Below, one piece after another: positions 11,959 through 23,837 of a stretch of DNA of 64,000 bases (position 1 is the stretch's first letter; each line of letters starts with the position of its first letter). This stretch comes from Octopus vulgaris (lineage: Eukaryota): positions 62,062,001 to 62,126,000 of the forward strand of contig OX597830.1 in assembly GCA_951406725.2 (NCBI GenBank). Reading direction: 5' to 3'. The notes beneath the pieces were generated by a model, which did no database searches, had not been told where the DNA came from, and saw only the letters and a list, made by a program, of their open reading frames with translations. A program made the position numbers and the translations under genes.

Positions 11959-12593
11959 TTAACTGTACTTACATGTAGCAGAATATTAATAATATAATAA
12001 TAATGAAATTATTGTATACAGTGCTCAGGTGCACCACAACATGTCAGAAAGTGCATATAAAGTGTATGCAGTAATGTACAAATGTCTGGAAAGCGAACAA
12101 TGCATGAGTTTTGAAGGATGCAGTGCTCTGACAACTAACAACTGATGCTGGCAGTTTGTTCCATGCTTCAGCAACTCTCAGTACTGAGTACTCCTATCAC
12201 TTATCCCTTTCATAACTTATCACTATCATTCATGCTTCTATCAGATGATCATGTAGGTTTCTATGTAAAGAGATTGGGGAGTGAGTGGAGACATGGAATC
12301 AATACATGGCTACCTTTAAGGTGTTGGTGCTACAAAAAAGTGCACCCAGTACATTCTATAAAATGTAAGATTGAGAGGACTCTTCAGTCTTGCTTACAGC
12401 ATGACCATAGAAATCAAGCTAAAAACTGAAAATGACATGTGAAATGAGGATCCCCTGGCCCATCTAGCTGAGCAGCTCCCTCAAATATGTACTGATTCCA
12501 ATTGTAGGAAAGCAAGCAACCCATACCAGCATGGATAGTGGACATAAAATGATGATTTACTGACATACACACGTAAATACACACTATAATTTT

Positions 12594-12993
12594 TAGGCGC
12601 AGGAGTGGCTGTGTGGTAAGTAGCTTGCTAACCAGCCACATGGCTCTGGGTTCAGTCCCACTGCGTGGCATCTTGGGCAAGTGTCTTCTACTATAGCCTT
12701 GGGCCAACCAATGCCTTGTGAGTGGATTTGGTAGGCGGAAACTGAAAGAAGCCCGTCGTATATATGTATATATATATGTATGTGTGTCTGTGTTTGTGCC
12801 CCTAGCATTGCTTGACAACCGATGCTGGTGTGGTTATGTCCCCGTTACTTAGTGGTTCGGCAAAAGAGACCGATAGAATAAGTACTGGGCTTACAAAGAA
12901 TAAGTCCCGGGGTCGATTTGTTCGACTAAAGGTGGTGCTCCAGCATGGCCGCAGTCAAATGACTGAAACAAGTAAAAGAGTAAAGAGAGAGAG
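12594..12993 (+). mobile_element. SINE family A copy
   Basis: Sequence similarity to the other copies. Confidence 0.88.
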
Positions 12994-13189
12994 TGCATTA
13001 TGGGATGATATACCAATTCACCTTTCTCCATAACCAGACATGATAACTCTTCAATACGCCTCTCTAATTAACATCATGGGAACAGCCTCACCCCCCCCCC
13101 CCCAATCAATTTGTAAACTCTTCCCCAGTCCTCTTTAAATTGATGGCAACATATGAATGAAACACGGAAGTAAAGTGTGTCGAGCGTGT

Positions 13190-13830
13190 TGTCTCAAAAA
13201 GATCAAGTTTCAGCAGCAGAGGATCTCCTTCGTTGGGTTAAGAACAATGAAAACTCTTTGGAAATGGTCATAACAGGTGACAAATCATGTGTCTATGGCT
13301 ATGACACTGAAACCAAGGCTTGAAAGGAACAAGATTTCAAGATGCTGAGGAAATCCAAGAGAATGTGACCAGGCAGTTGCTGGCTATCCCAAAAAAGGAG
13401 TTCTTAGTTAATTAGTTAATTTTTTGGCTCAAAAGCAAAAAGCAAGGCCATGTAGGGGGACATGGAGTTATGTACAGGGAGGGTGTTCATGCAAAGAGTT
13501 CAGGCCATTTCTGGTCAAGAGAGACTTTGAACCGAGCGCTCGTCGGCATCTTCACTATCTCGTCCGGCAGCTTATTCCACGGATCCGCAACCCGGACGGA
13601 GAAAGCCCCTCTCCTTCGATTAAGATGAAATCGTCGCAGATAGAGCTTTTCGGAGTGACCCTGCAGCCGACGCTCTGGAGCAGGAGTGAAGAACAGCTCT
13701 TTCGAGAGGTTACACTTTCCACTTATGATGTTGTGAGCAAGAGTGAGATCACCACGGCGTCTAGGAATACTTCCATCAATGGAAATACTGGATAAAATGT
13801 GCAGCCTCCAAAGGGGACTACATCATAGAA
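13190..13830 (+). mobile_element. Internally deleted mariner fragment interrupted by a LINE 3' end (13405-13760, minus strand)
   Basis: VITGDKSCVYGYDTETK and LKGTRFQDAEEIQENVT; the insert encodes FSVRVADPWNKLP (CR1/L2-type C-terminus). Confidence 0.6.
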
Positions 13831-14077
13831 GGTTAAATGCTGAACTGATATGTGTTGTAGTTTTTTTTTACAGCACCAGTCCTAATGGTTTTTGATTAGA
13901 GCTCGAATAATACAATATAGTGTGAAAAATACTTGAAAACCTTAATTCCTCAGTTTGAAGAAGGTTATCAAACAAGCTTTTTAATTCAGAGGAAAATTTA
14001 GGTTTAATGCAGATGGGCAATAAAGTCAAGTACATTTGTGTGTTAAATGAAAAATGGTATAAATTTGTAAACCAAAC

Positions 14078-14135
14078 CTTTTGCTCTGAATCTTGAATTT
14101 CTTTCTTTCTTTTTTTCATCATGCTCAAGAGGTCT
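14078..14135 (-). CDS. METTL25B: METTL25B coding exon 5 (DLLSMMKKRKKEIQDSEQK)
   Basis: Acceptor tttcag|A; donor AAG|GTTTGG; 58 nt, bridges phase 2 to phase 0 exactly. Confidence 0.7.
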
Positions 14136-15020
14136 CTGAAATATTGAAACCTTTTTAAGAATTGCAACAAAATATTTATGTGACTGTTTTGCACAAAAGT
14201 CAGACTTTCCCAATTTTGAATAAACTTAGCAAAGAATAATAATAAAAAAACAAAAGAATACATAGAAATAAGATATGGATATTAATTGTATATTGAACAG
14301 ATTTAATAGCCCATGAACAAAAGATTGAATAACTGGGTGAGGTGAATGCTGTTTTTATCATATTTTCATATCAGTTTTTCAGTTTGGTAAGGATTTCAGT
14401 GTATGGAGGTAAGCTTTTCCATCTTTTCTGTTCTTAAGAAACATTCATGTAATATTTTCTTATGTGACAAATGGATTATCAAAAGCAAGTGCCATAAGAT
14501 CTGAACTAGCTAAAACCCAATATTTCAGTTAAGAAATTTAGGGTATGATCATTTTAAAGTATCCCATTCCTACTCCTAAAAGTTGCAGAAGATGTCCCTG
14601 GATGCTACCTAAATCTATAATCATCATCGTTTAACGTCCGTTTTCCATGCTAGCATGGGTTGGACGGTTCAACTGGGGTCTGGGAAGCCAGAAGGCTGCA
14701 CCAGGCTCCAGTCTGATCTGGCAGTGTTTCTACAGCTGGATGCCCTTCCTAACGCCAACCACTCCATGAATGTAGTGGGTGCTTTTTACGTGCCACCTGC
14801 ACAGGTGCCAGACGAGGCTGGCAAACAGCCACGATCGGATGGTGCTTTTTACGTGCCACCGGCACGGGGGCCAGACGAGGCTGGCAACAGCCAATGTTAA
14901 AGATATTTGCTACTGTAATTTATCAACATATTGAATAGTGGGGAGCTATTAAAATAATACCAGCAATGAAAAGTACTTAAATAACAGTTAAAAAAATAGG
15001 TATTAAAAATGAATAGTGTT

Positions 15021-17101
15021 AAGTAGCAAGAGAAGAAATTTAACCATAGCAAGAGAAGAAGTAGCAAGAGAAGAAATTTAACCATAGCAAGAGAAGAAGT
15101 AGCAAGAGAAGAAATTTAACCATAGCAAGAGAAGAAGTAGCAAGAGAAGAAATTTAACCATAGCAAGAGAAGAAGTAGCAAGAGAAGAAATTTAACCATA
15201 GCAAGAGAAGAAGTAGCAAGAGAAGAAGTAGCAAGAGAAGAAGTAGCAAGAGAAGAAATTTAACCATAGCAAGAGAAGAAGTAGCAAGAGAAGAAGTAGC
15301 AAGAGAAGAAGTAGCAAGAGAAGAAATTTAACCATAGCAAGAGAAGAAGTAGCAAGAGAAGAAGTAGCAAGAGAAGAAGTAGCAAGAGAAGAAGTAGCAA
15401 GAGAAGAAATTTAACCATAGCAAGAGAAGAAGTAGCAAGAGAAGAAATTTAACCATAGCAAGAGAAGAAGTAGCAAGAGAAGAAATTTAACCATAGCAAG
15501 AGAAGAAGTAGCAAGAGAAGAAATTTAACCATAGCAAGAGAAGAAGTAGCAAGAGAAGAAGTAGCAAGAGAAGAAGTAGCAAGAGAAGAAATTTAACCAT
15601 AGCAAGAGAAGAAGTAGCAAGAGAAGAAGTAGCAAGAGAAGAAGTAGCAAGAGAAGAAATTTAACCATAGCAAGAGAAGAAGTAGCAAGAGAAGAAGTAG
15701 CAAGAGAAGAAGTAGCAAGAGAAGAAATTTAACCATAGCAAGAGAAGAAGTAGCAAGAGAAGAAATTTAACCATAGCAAGAGAAGAAGTAGCAAGAGAAG
15801 AAGTAGCAAGAGAAGAAGTAGCAAGAGAAGAAATTTAACCATAGCAAGAGAAGAAGTAGCAAGAGAAGAAATTTAACCATAGCAAGAGAAGAAGTAGCAA
15901 GAGAAGAAGTAGCAAGAGAAGAAGTAGCAAGAGAAGAAGTAGCAAGAGAAGAAATTTAACCATAGCAAGAGAAGAAGTAGCAAGAGAAGAAATTTAACCA
16001 TAGCAAGAGAAGAAGTAGCAAGAGAAGAAGTAGCAAGAGAAGAAATTTAACCATAGCAAGAGAAGAAGTAGCAAGAGAAGAAGTAGCAAGAGAAGAAGTA
16101 GCAAGAGAAGAAGTAGCAAGAGAAGAAATTTAACCATAGCAAGAGAAGAAGTAGCAAGAGAAGAAATTTAACCATAGCAAGAGAAGAAGTAGCAAGAGAA
16201 GAAGTAGCAAGAGAAGAAGTAGCAAGAGAAGAAATTTAACCATAGCAAGAGAAGAAGTAGCAAGAGAAGAAATTTAACCATAGCAAGAGAAGAAGTAGCA
16301 AGAGAAGAAATTTAACCATAGCAAGAGAAGAAGTAGCAAGAGAAGAAATTTAACCATAGCAAGAGAAGAAGTAGCAAGAGAAGAAATTTAACCATAGCAA
16401 GAGAAGAAGTAGCAAGAGAAGAAATTTAACCATAGCAAGAGAAGAAGTAGCAAGAGAAGAAGTAGCAAGAGAAGAAGTAGCAAGAGAAGAAATTTAACCA
16501 TAGCAAGAGAAGAAGTAGCAAGAGAAGAAGTAGCAAGAGAAGAAGTAGCAAGAGAAGAAGTAGCAAGAGAAGAAATTTAACCATAGCAAGAGAAGAAGTA
16601 GCAAGAGAAGAAATTTAACCATAGCAAGAGAAGAAGTAGCAAGAGAAGAAATTTAACCATAGCAAGAGAAGAAGTAGCAAGAGAAGAAATTTAACCATAG
16701 CAAGAGAAGAAGTAGCAAGAGAAGAAATTTAACCATAGCAAGAGAAGAAGTAGCAAGAGAAGAAGTAGCAAGAGAAGAAATTTAACCATAGCAAGAGAAG
16801 AAGTAGCAAGAGAAGAAATTTAACCATAGCAAGAGAAGAAGTAGCAAGAGAAGAAATTTAACCATAGCAAGAGAAGAAGTAGCAAGAGAAGAAATTTAAC
16901 CATAGCAAGAGAAGAAGTAGCAAGAGAAGAAGTAGCAAGAGAAGAAATTTAACCATAGCAAGAGAAGAAGTAGCAAGAGAAGAAATTTAACCATAGCAAG
17001 AGAAGAAGTAGCAAGAGAAGAAATTTAACCATAGCAAGAGAAGAAGTAGCAAGAGAAGAAATTTAACCATAGCAAGAGAAGAAGTAGCAAGAGAAGAAAT
17101 T
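15021..17101. repeat. 2.1-kb minisatellite of two related units: A=AGTAGCAAGAGAAGA (15 bp) and B=AATTTAACCATAGCAAGAGAAGA (23 bp)
   Basis: Directly visible and nearly mutation-free; lies in METTL25B intron 4. Confidence 0.97.
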
Positions 17102-17107
17102 ACTCAC

Positions 17108-17268
17108 AAATCAAATTTATGTGCTTTGGCAGCATGTCCACCAGTAGCTTCCACAGTTGTGACAGTTAGATTATACTTGAAGTTTAATAGCCTTGACAAG
17201 TGACCAAGACCAGCACCAACGTCCACTACTTTGTCACATTTAATGATGTGGCACAAGTTACCTATGAC
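17108..17268 (-). CDS. METTL25B: METTL25B coding exon 4, SAM-binding motif I (VVDVGAGLGHLSRLL)
   Basis: Acceptor ttcag|GTC; donor TT|GTGAGT; class I methyltransferase DxGxGxG motif; 161 nt. Confidence 0.93.
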
Positions 17269-17708
17269 CTGAAATTTGAAAATAAATTCAGTGTTATTAA
17301 AATCAAAACATAAAAATGGTTCAATTTTCAGATACATGATATTTTTGTGAAAAGCCCTCTGGAATTCAGTTATGTCTGTTATATAAAGTAACTAGCATAA
17401 AAAAAAGGCCATTGTTTGTTCATAAAGCCAAAGGAGTGTTTCTTGCAGAAAAAATACTTGGCTTCAACTGAATTAATGGTTTTTGATTGAAGAACTTTGT
17501 AACAAAATTAACAGAATGGTTTTTACAAGATAAATATGTAACTCAGAAATTTTCTGAGATCTTTTCTGTTGCTGTCACAGTTTTTAGTTCTTTTAATTTT
17601 GTTCCAAGTGTTTTCTAATTTGGTGTACTAATGTAGTTTTGCATGCTAATTATGAAAATTAAATTCACTTTGCATTAAATTAATAAATAAAAAGTAAATA
17701 GCTTTTAA

Positions 17709-17930
17709 CCCTTTCGATACTGTATTTCTGTTGAGATGCTCTGTGTTTCTTTCAATTAATTTGAAATATAGCAAAGAATTTAGTAAAATAACTTAGTTAC
17801 CATTCAGCTAGTGTTAGGAACATAAATTGTGACTAAGGTTTGGTGAAAGATTTTAATTCAAAAATTATGAAAACAAGACATTTGTACTACAGAGCCAAAG
17901 CCGGTTTCAGCCAGGTTGGTAACGAAAGGG
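17709..17930. mobile_element. piggyBac-type MITE, second copy
   Basis: TTAA|CCCTTTCG...CGAAAGGG|TTAA. Confidence 0.8.
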
Positions 17931-18307
17931 TTAAAGTTTGCAAATTTTGGATAATTTTATCCAACTGAAAGCCACAAATATATTAGTGTCTGTCTCCATC
18001 GTAACAAGCCAAGGTATAGTTTGCTTAAACTCCAACCGCATGTGTTGTCTTTAGCTACACATTTTCTTTGGCAAATGTCTATTTTCTAAACGTTTGTATT
18101 ACCTCATTTTTGATATTTTCACTTGTGATTTTTATCAGAAATGAATGGATGTTTTCCCAAACCATGTCAACCTTAATAGAAGTATGATTACAGACAACTT
18201 GTTTAACTTTTCGAATATGATGGAGAAACTGAAAACTGAGGAGGATGCAGTTTCTTATTTGTAAGAGAATGGGGTCACCCCCAAAAGAAAATTATGCACA
18301 AAAAGAC

Positions 18308-18716
18308 ATAGGCGCAGGAGTGGCTGTGTGGTAAGTAGCTTGCTAACCAACCACATGGTTCCGGGTTCAGTCCCACTGCGTGGCATCTTGGGCAAGTGTC
18401 TTCTGCTATAGCCCCAGGCCGACCAATGCCTTGTGAGTGGATTTGGTAGACGGAAACTGAAAGAAGCCTGTCGTATATATGTATATATATGTATGTGTGT
18501 GTGTTTGTGTGTCTGTGTTTGTTCCCCTAGCATTGCTTGACAACCGATGCTGGTGTGTTTACGTCCCCGTCACTTAGCGGTTCGGCAAAAGAGACCGATA
18601 GAATAAGTACTGGGCTTACAAATGAGTCCCGGGGTCGAGTTGCTCGACTAAAAGGCGGTGCTCTAGCATGGCCGCAGTCAAAATGACTGAAACAAGTAAA
18701 AGAAAAGAAAGAAAGA
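18308..18716 (+). mobile_element. SINE family A copy
   Basis: Sequence similarity to the other copies. Confidence 0.88.
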
Positions 18717-18739
18717 ATACGAAGAAGATGATGCTTCAC

Positions 18740-19470
18740 AAGAGAATCTACTAGCAGAGCTCCTGAAAAGGATGCAACAAGTGTAAGTCTGTCCAAAAAG
18801 ATACAGGGTTGGAAGTTGGCACCATCCAATTGGGACTGAACTGCTTTTTTAACTTTACTATGGGTCAAGGAATTCACTTCAGTCTGATACTGTGTTGAAG
18901 AACTAGGGATGAGCCAATGCACAGCTGTTGATTACAACAGCTATGCTCATGAAATATGTGTGGCTTGCCTATTTCTTTACTACCCACAAGGGGCTAAACA
19001 CAGAGAGGACAAACAAACAGATTAAGTTGATCTTATCGACCCCAGTGCGTAACTGGTACTTATTTAATCGACCCTGAAAGGATGAAAGGCAAAGTCGACC
19101 TCGGCGGAATTTGAACTCCGAACGTAATGGCAGACGAAATACGGCTATGCGTTTCGCCCGGCGTGCTAACGATTCTGCCAGCTTGCCGCCTTATGTGTGG
19201 AGAACCTTGTTCTGCAACTCAGTTCAGACAAGCAGTCCTGGGAAGATTGTTGAGATAGATGCAAAGTCTTCTCAAGATGTAAATACAATCAAGGAAGAGT
19301 GCTTGCTACCTGAGCAGTTGGTCTTTAGAGGAGTGTTCCATGAGCCCAAATATGTTTTTCTTTATGTGGTACCATGTTGGAATCATGACACACTAGAGGA
19401 ATGCTTACATCAGTCAGTTCTTTCAAGAATCACAATTTTTAGTGACTTGTGGAAGGTCTGTATAAAATGA
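18740..19470 (+). mobile_element. Degraded Merlin (IS1016/ISXO2-like) transposase, interrupted by a SINE at 18970-19192
   Basis: PGKIVEID, EQLVFRG and TIFSDLWK resemble the ISXO2 DDE motifs VEIDE, WVFGG and IxSDxWxxY. Confidence 0.65.
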
Positions 19471-19589
19471 GGGAATAAATGATGCTATGCTGTGGAACCC
19501 ACTGTTCTATGGTCGACTCATATCTCTGCAAGTTTATGTGGTGCAGGAGATACAAAAAATTGTAATATGTTCAAGAAGAAACTCTGAGA

Positions 19590-19800
19590 GTGTATCTCTA
19601 AGGGATACTGGGAGGTGGCCACGGATTTGGAAAGACAAGTAATATTTCCACTAATAAAAACGACAAAAAGGCCAGATTTAGTCCTATGGAACAGAGAACG
19701 GAGAATAGGAATTTTACTAGAACTGACAGTGCCATGGGAAGAGAACATCGGCAATGCAGAAGAATGAAAGGAGAAGAGGTACGAAAAACTAATCATAGAG
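19590..19800 (+). mobile_element. Non-LTR retrotransposon restriction-like endonuclease fragment (R2-group)
   Basis: KRPDLVLW...ILLELTVPWEENI...K.KRY motif (PD-(D/E)xK type). Confidence 0.6.
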
Positions 19801-20160
19801 ACTTATTCTTTGTAAGCCCAGTACTTATTCTATCGGTCTCTTTTGCCGAACTGCTAAGTGACGTGGACGTAAACACACCAGCATCGGTTGTCAAGCAATG
19901 CTAGGGGGACAAACACAGACACACAAACATATACACACACATCATCATCATCATCATCGTTTAACGTCCACACACATACATATATATACATATATACGAC
20001 GGGCTTCTTTCAGTTTCCGTCTACCAAATCCACTCACAAGGCATTGGTCGGCCCGGGGCTATAGCAGAAGACACTTGCCCAAGATGCCACGCAGTGGGAC
20101 TGAACCCGGAACCATGTGGTTGTTTAGCAAACTACTTACCACACAGCCACTCCTGCGCCT
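19800..20160 (-). mobile_element. SINE family A copy (3'-truncated)
   Basis: Reverse-complement similarity. Confidence 0.85.
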
Positions 20161-20451
20161 GTGATAGTTCACAGACTTTTCATTTCTCATCATCTTTAAA
20201 ATTTGATTAACAAAAGGTATTTAATTCATGATTGCAAATTATTGCAAGTTAGTGAATGCACTGCTTTATTCTGAGAAGAAAGCTCTTGGGGCACCTACTT
20301 CTCTTCTCAATACACTGTCCCAATCGGCTGGAGATGATCTTGCATGGTGGACTAATGCTTATTAAGCCTCCAGGCTATGTCCTTGATACTTTAAATACAA
20401 ATCCTCTTTCAGAGCTATTCGTTTGGAAATACATTACATTTCAGTACCCTA

Positions 20452-20455
<4 letters not shown>

Positions 20456-20504
<49 letters not shown>

Positions 20505-20533
20505 CGTGTGCATGTGTGTGTGTGTGTGTGTGT
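20456..20533. repeat. (TG)n microsatellite
   Basis: Directly visible; many further (TA)n, (TG)n and (GAT)n tracts occur across the window. Confidence 0.9.
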
Positions 20534-20790
20534 AACAGAAATGGCTAAGAGAAATAACTCAGAGTGGCCAGGGGAATAAATGTGATCATCGACAAGTATC
20601 ATACAACATAAATTCTTAATTTATTAAAATTATCTCTGCCTGTAAAGGATATCACAATTACCAAATGGCAATTGAGTAGGGAAGGTAATCTTAAGAATTC
20701 TCCATGTATGTGGGGTGTGTGTGTGTGTATTTATATAACACACATTCATACATAAGTCACACAAACGAAAAAGAAAATGTGAGTATATAC

Positions 20791-21076
20791 TTTTGACATT
20801 TGATGGATTTCGTGTTGCTTTTTAGGCTTTACATGTTTCCGATAGCATGCATCCAATGATACATACTGACCTCCGCTGCACTTGATGTCTGAAATAACTG
20901 TAGGGTCATCAGTCACATGATACATTGTAGGCAGGTGAGCTGATATTTTCTGACATGTGTTTGAAGTAAGGGCTTCAAGTACATAACTAAGTCCTTTATC
21001 TGATGTGATAGTCCTTTTCAATGACAAACTTTGGGTGCATGAACGATAGGCCAAGAGAGACAAAGGTAATACGATT
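20791..21076 (-). CDS. METTL25B: METTL25B coding exon 3 (IVLPLSLLAYR...RKHVKPKKQHEIHQMSK)
   Basis: Acceptor tcaacag|A; donor AAA|GTATAT; PLSLLA and KKQHEI motifs of RRNAD1; 286 nt. Confidence 0.9.
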
Positions 21077-21348
21077 CTGTTGAAAACAAAAAAGTTTTGT
21101 ATTAGTACATTATGTTATAAATGCACTTGTGAATAAAAGTAATACAAAGAAACAACCAACATCTTCATAATAATAAGTGAATTTTGTCATCAACTTATAT
21201 TAATAAATCTTTTTTAACTGTAATAAGTGTTTTTACAAAGAGTGAAAGGAAACTCAAATGGGTTGAGTTACAGATGTTTGTTTTATTGAGCTACTGAGAC
21301 ACTGATATCTGTTTTATTCAGCTACGTGTGATGTAAGGAAGTTCGTAC

Positions 21349-21467
21349 TTGCTTTTGGTGTTCTTATTCACTGTAAGAAGTTCTGCAACATCTGAAGCAG
21401 TCATCTTCTGGAAACAATCACGCCAGCTTGGAAGCAGTTTCTCCCAGTGATTCAACACAAAAAAGTC
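21349..21467 (-). CDS. METTL25B: METTL25B coding exon 2 (DFFVLNHWEKLLPSWRDCF...)
   Basis: Acceptor tgaag|GAC; donor AA|GTACGA; 119 nt, phase 2. The FF..xxW..L..SW motif is typical of the RRNAD1 N-terminus. Confidence 0.8.
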
Positions 21468-22470
21468 CTTCAAAATATACAGAAAATTACATTTAGAAAT
21501 AGCATTTTATTGATGAAATATACAATATTTAATAACACTAATTAACCCTTTAGCAATCAGATTATTCTGTCAAATGTAATGCTTATTTATTCACATTGTT
21601 TTGAATTAATCATAGTTTATCTCGCAGCATTGGGATTTCAATGATGTCATCATCATCATCATCTTCGTTGTTGTTTAACTTCCACTTTCCATGCTAGCAT
21701 GGGTTGAATGGTTTGACTGAGGGCTAGCAAGGCTGCACCAGGCTCCAATCCGATCTGGCAAAGTTTTTACAGCTGGTTGCCCTTCCTAATGCCGACCACT
21801 CTGAGAGTGTAGTGGGTGCCTTTTACGTGCCACCGTACTTCGGTGTGAAATAATTTTTGCCACAGGTTTTTTTGAGTGCATTCAATGTATCTCACCTCCA
21901 AACCTGCCATAAGCCACTTTCTTCTGGAAAAGAAAAGGATAGAGGGGTGGTGGGGACCTTGGAGTTTCCCACCAACGGAATTTTGATTCACAGGGTTTTT
22001 TTTCGCATGCTTTCAACAAATGTGACATCAAAATCATGCATAAACAGCTCCTTTCCTCAGAAAAGGAAAGATTTGGTTACTATTTCTAGCAGGCCCTGCT
22101 ATCATGAGTCCTCTACTGCAAATAGCTGTTACATCGTAGCAGGATGTGCTAGAAATAGCAACCAAAAAAGTGGCTTGTGGCGGATTTGGAGGTTAGATAT
22201 GTTGAATGTACTCAAAAAACCTGCGGAAAGAAATTATTTCACATCATGGTAAGAACAGATCCTTTATGAAATATTTACCTATTTTTTAATAGTTAAAATA
22301 TTGTCTATTTAAAGAAAGCTGAAATATAAATACTCACTGTACAAACAATTTGTATTTTTTAAGCCATCTATCTATCTATATAGTACTAAAACTCTCTGAT
22401 TGCTTGCCCGTTATTTAATACAGCCAAACTGGCACATAATGGGAATCTGTATATATATATATATATATAT

Positions 22471-22871
22471 AATAATAAATATTAGGGAATAAATCCAAAT
22501 TTACAGGGAAAAAATCAGATTTAGGATTATATCCAATTTTATAGTAAAATATTATATAATATTAATTTGAGACAAAACCACTATTTTGCAAAACAAACAA
22601 GGAAAGACTTAATCAATACATAAAAATTTTTAATATAAAGAAATAAACCGCCACTACAATCTTTCATGTCTTCAATGACATTCGTCAGGTGGATTTTCGA
22701 TCTCCTAATCTGTTTTAATTAAAACAGATTAGGAGATCGAAAATCCACCTGACGAATGTCATTGAAGACATGAAAGATTGTAGTGGCGGTTTATTTCTTT
22801 ATATTAAAAATTTTTATGTATTGATTAAGTCTTTCCTTGTTTGTTTTGCAAAATAGTGGTTTTGTCTCGAA

Positions 22872-22884
<13 letters not shown>
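22471..22884. mobile_element. Penelope-like terminal-repeat remnant with an inverted copy, forming a 332-bp spacerless palindrome (22553-22884) with a hammerhead motif in each arm
   Basis: 166-bp arms with 1 mismatch, centre 22718/22719; CCAC-CTGACGA-ATGTC..GACAT-GAAA-GATTG-TA-GTGG at 22745-22786 (+), mirrored at 22651-22692 (-); (TA)n on both sides. Confidence 0.7.
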
Positions 22885-22915
<31 letters not shown>

Positions 22916-23349
22916 CAGGATATGTGTGTGTGTGTGTGTGTACATGAATGTAGTTTATGCACATCCACAAATTAGCACGCATGTCGCTCAAATTTTAGGA
23001 GGACATTCGTCACAACCCTAGCTGTATTTTCGGCAAATTATTTTCCCCCGAGGCACCCACGAATAGCAGTAAATAATTTTGAACCATAACTTCTAACAAT
23101 TTTCAAGTCGGAGAAATACACGATCATTTGCAAATATGAGTTAAGTCCCCTTCTAGTGACGGTGTAGAGGGAGAGAGAGATAACAGATTTTTTAAATTTC
23201 GTCTTTTTAGTGAGTGATTGACAGACAGAGGTTGTTATGTATGTATGTATGTATGTATGTATGTGTGAATGGCTTCAGTCACACATACACACACGAGCAT
23301 ATATGCGTACAAAACACATGCATGCAGTGTGTGTGTGTGTGTGTTGCCC

Positions 23350-23388
<39 letters not shown>

Positions 23389-23389
23389 A

Positions 23390-23490
23390 TATAAACAATA
23401 TTCTCCGTTTCTCCACAACTAATTTCCAAATTAGCTGAATCCGTTGCTCTACTCATAGCGATATACAGCTGGTCGTGCGTGAACATGGGA
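23390..23490 (-). mobile_element. Helitron Pif1-helicase C-terminal fragment
   Basis: FTHDQLYIAMSRAT matches the FxHGQLYVAxSR helicase motif. Confidence 0.65.
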
Positions 23491-23837
23491 GAGAGCAGAG
23501 GTTACCAGACCAAAAGACCTACGAGTTGACTGTAGACACACTCCTTCGCAAACGATCAGCTATTATTTTGTAAACAATGTTTCGAAACTGTTCATCTTTT
23601 CGAAAGGAGAGATATGACTCTCACATCTCTGTGGGAGAAGGTAGGCTTCTCTCTTCCTGTTACAAAACTTATGTCCAGGTGGCAAATTTGCTTCAATTGA
23701 TGGTATTACTTGGGTAGGAGGTGGTGGTGGAACAGGGGCAGGAGCAAAGGCATGCAAAAACATGTATGCAATAGGTGTATGTATTTATAGGTTTGTGTGT
23801 GTGTGTGTGTTGCCCATATATATATATATATATATAT

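Noticed and set aside
15021-17101. CRISPR-like or coded array
   Set aside because: There are no unique spacers and no cas genes; it is two fixed units in a eukaryotic intron, i.e. a minisatellite.
21345-21355. GC-AG donor (A|GCAAGT) for METTL25B exon 2
   Set aside because: It gives phase 1, but the next exon needs phase 2, which the adjacent GT donor (AA|GTACGA) provides.
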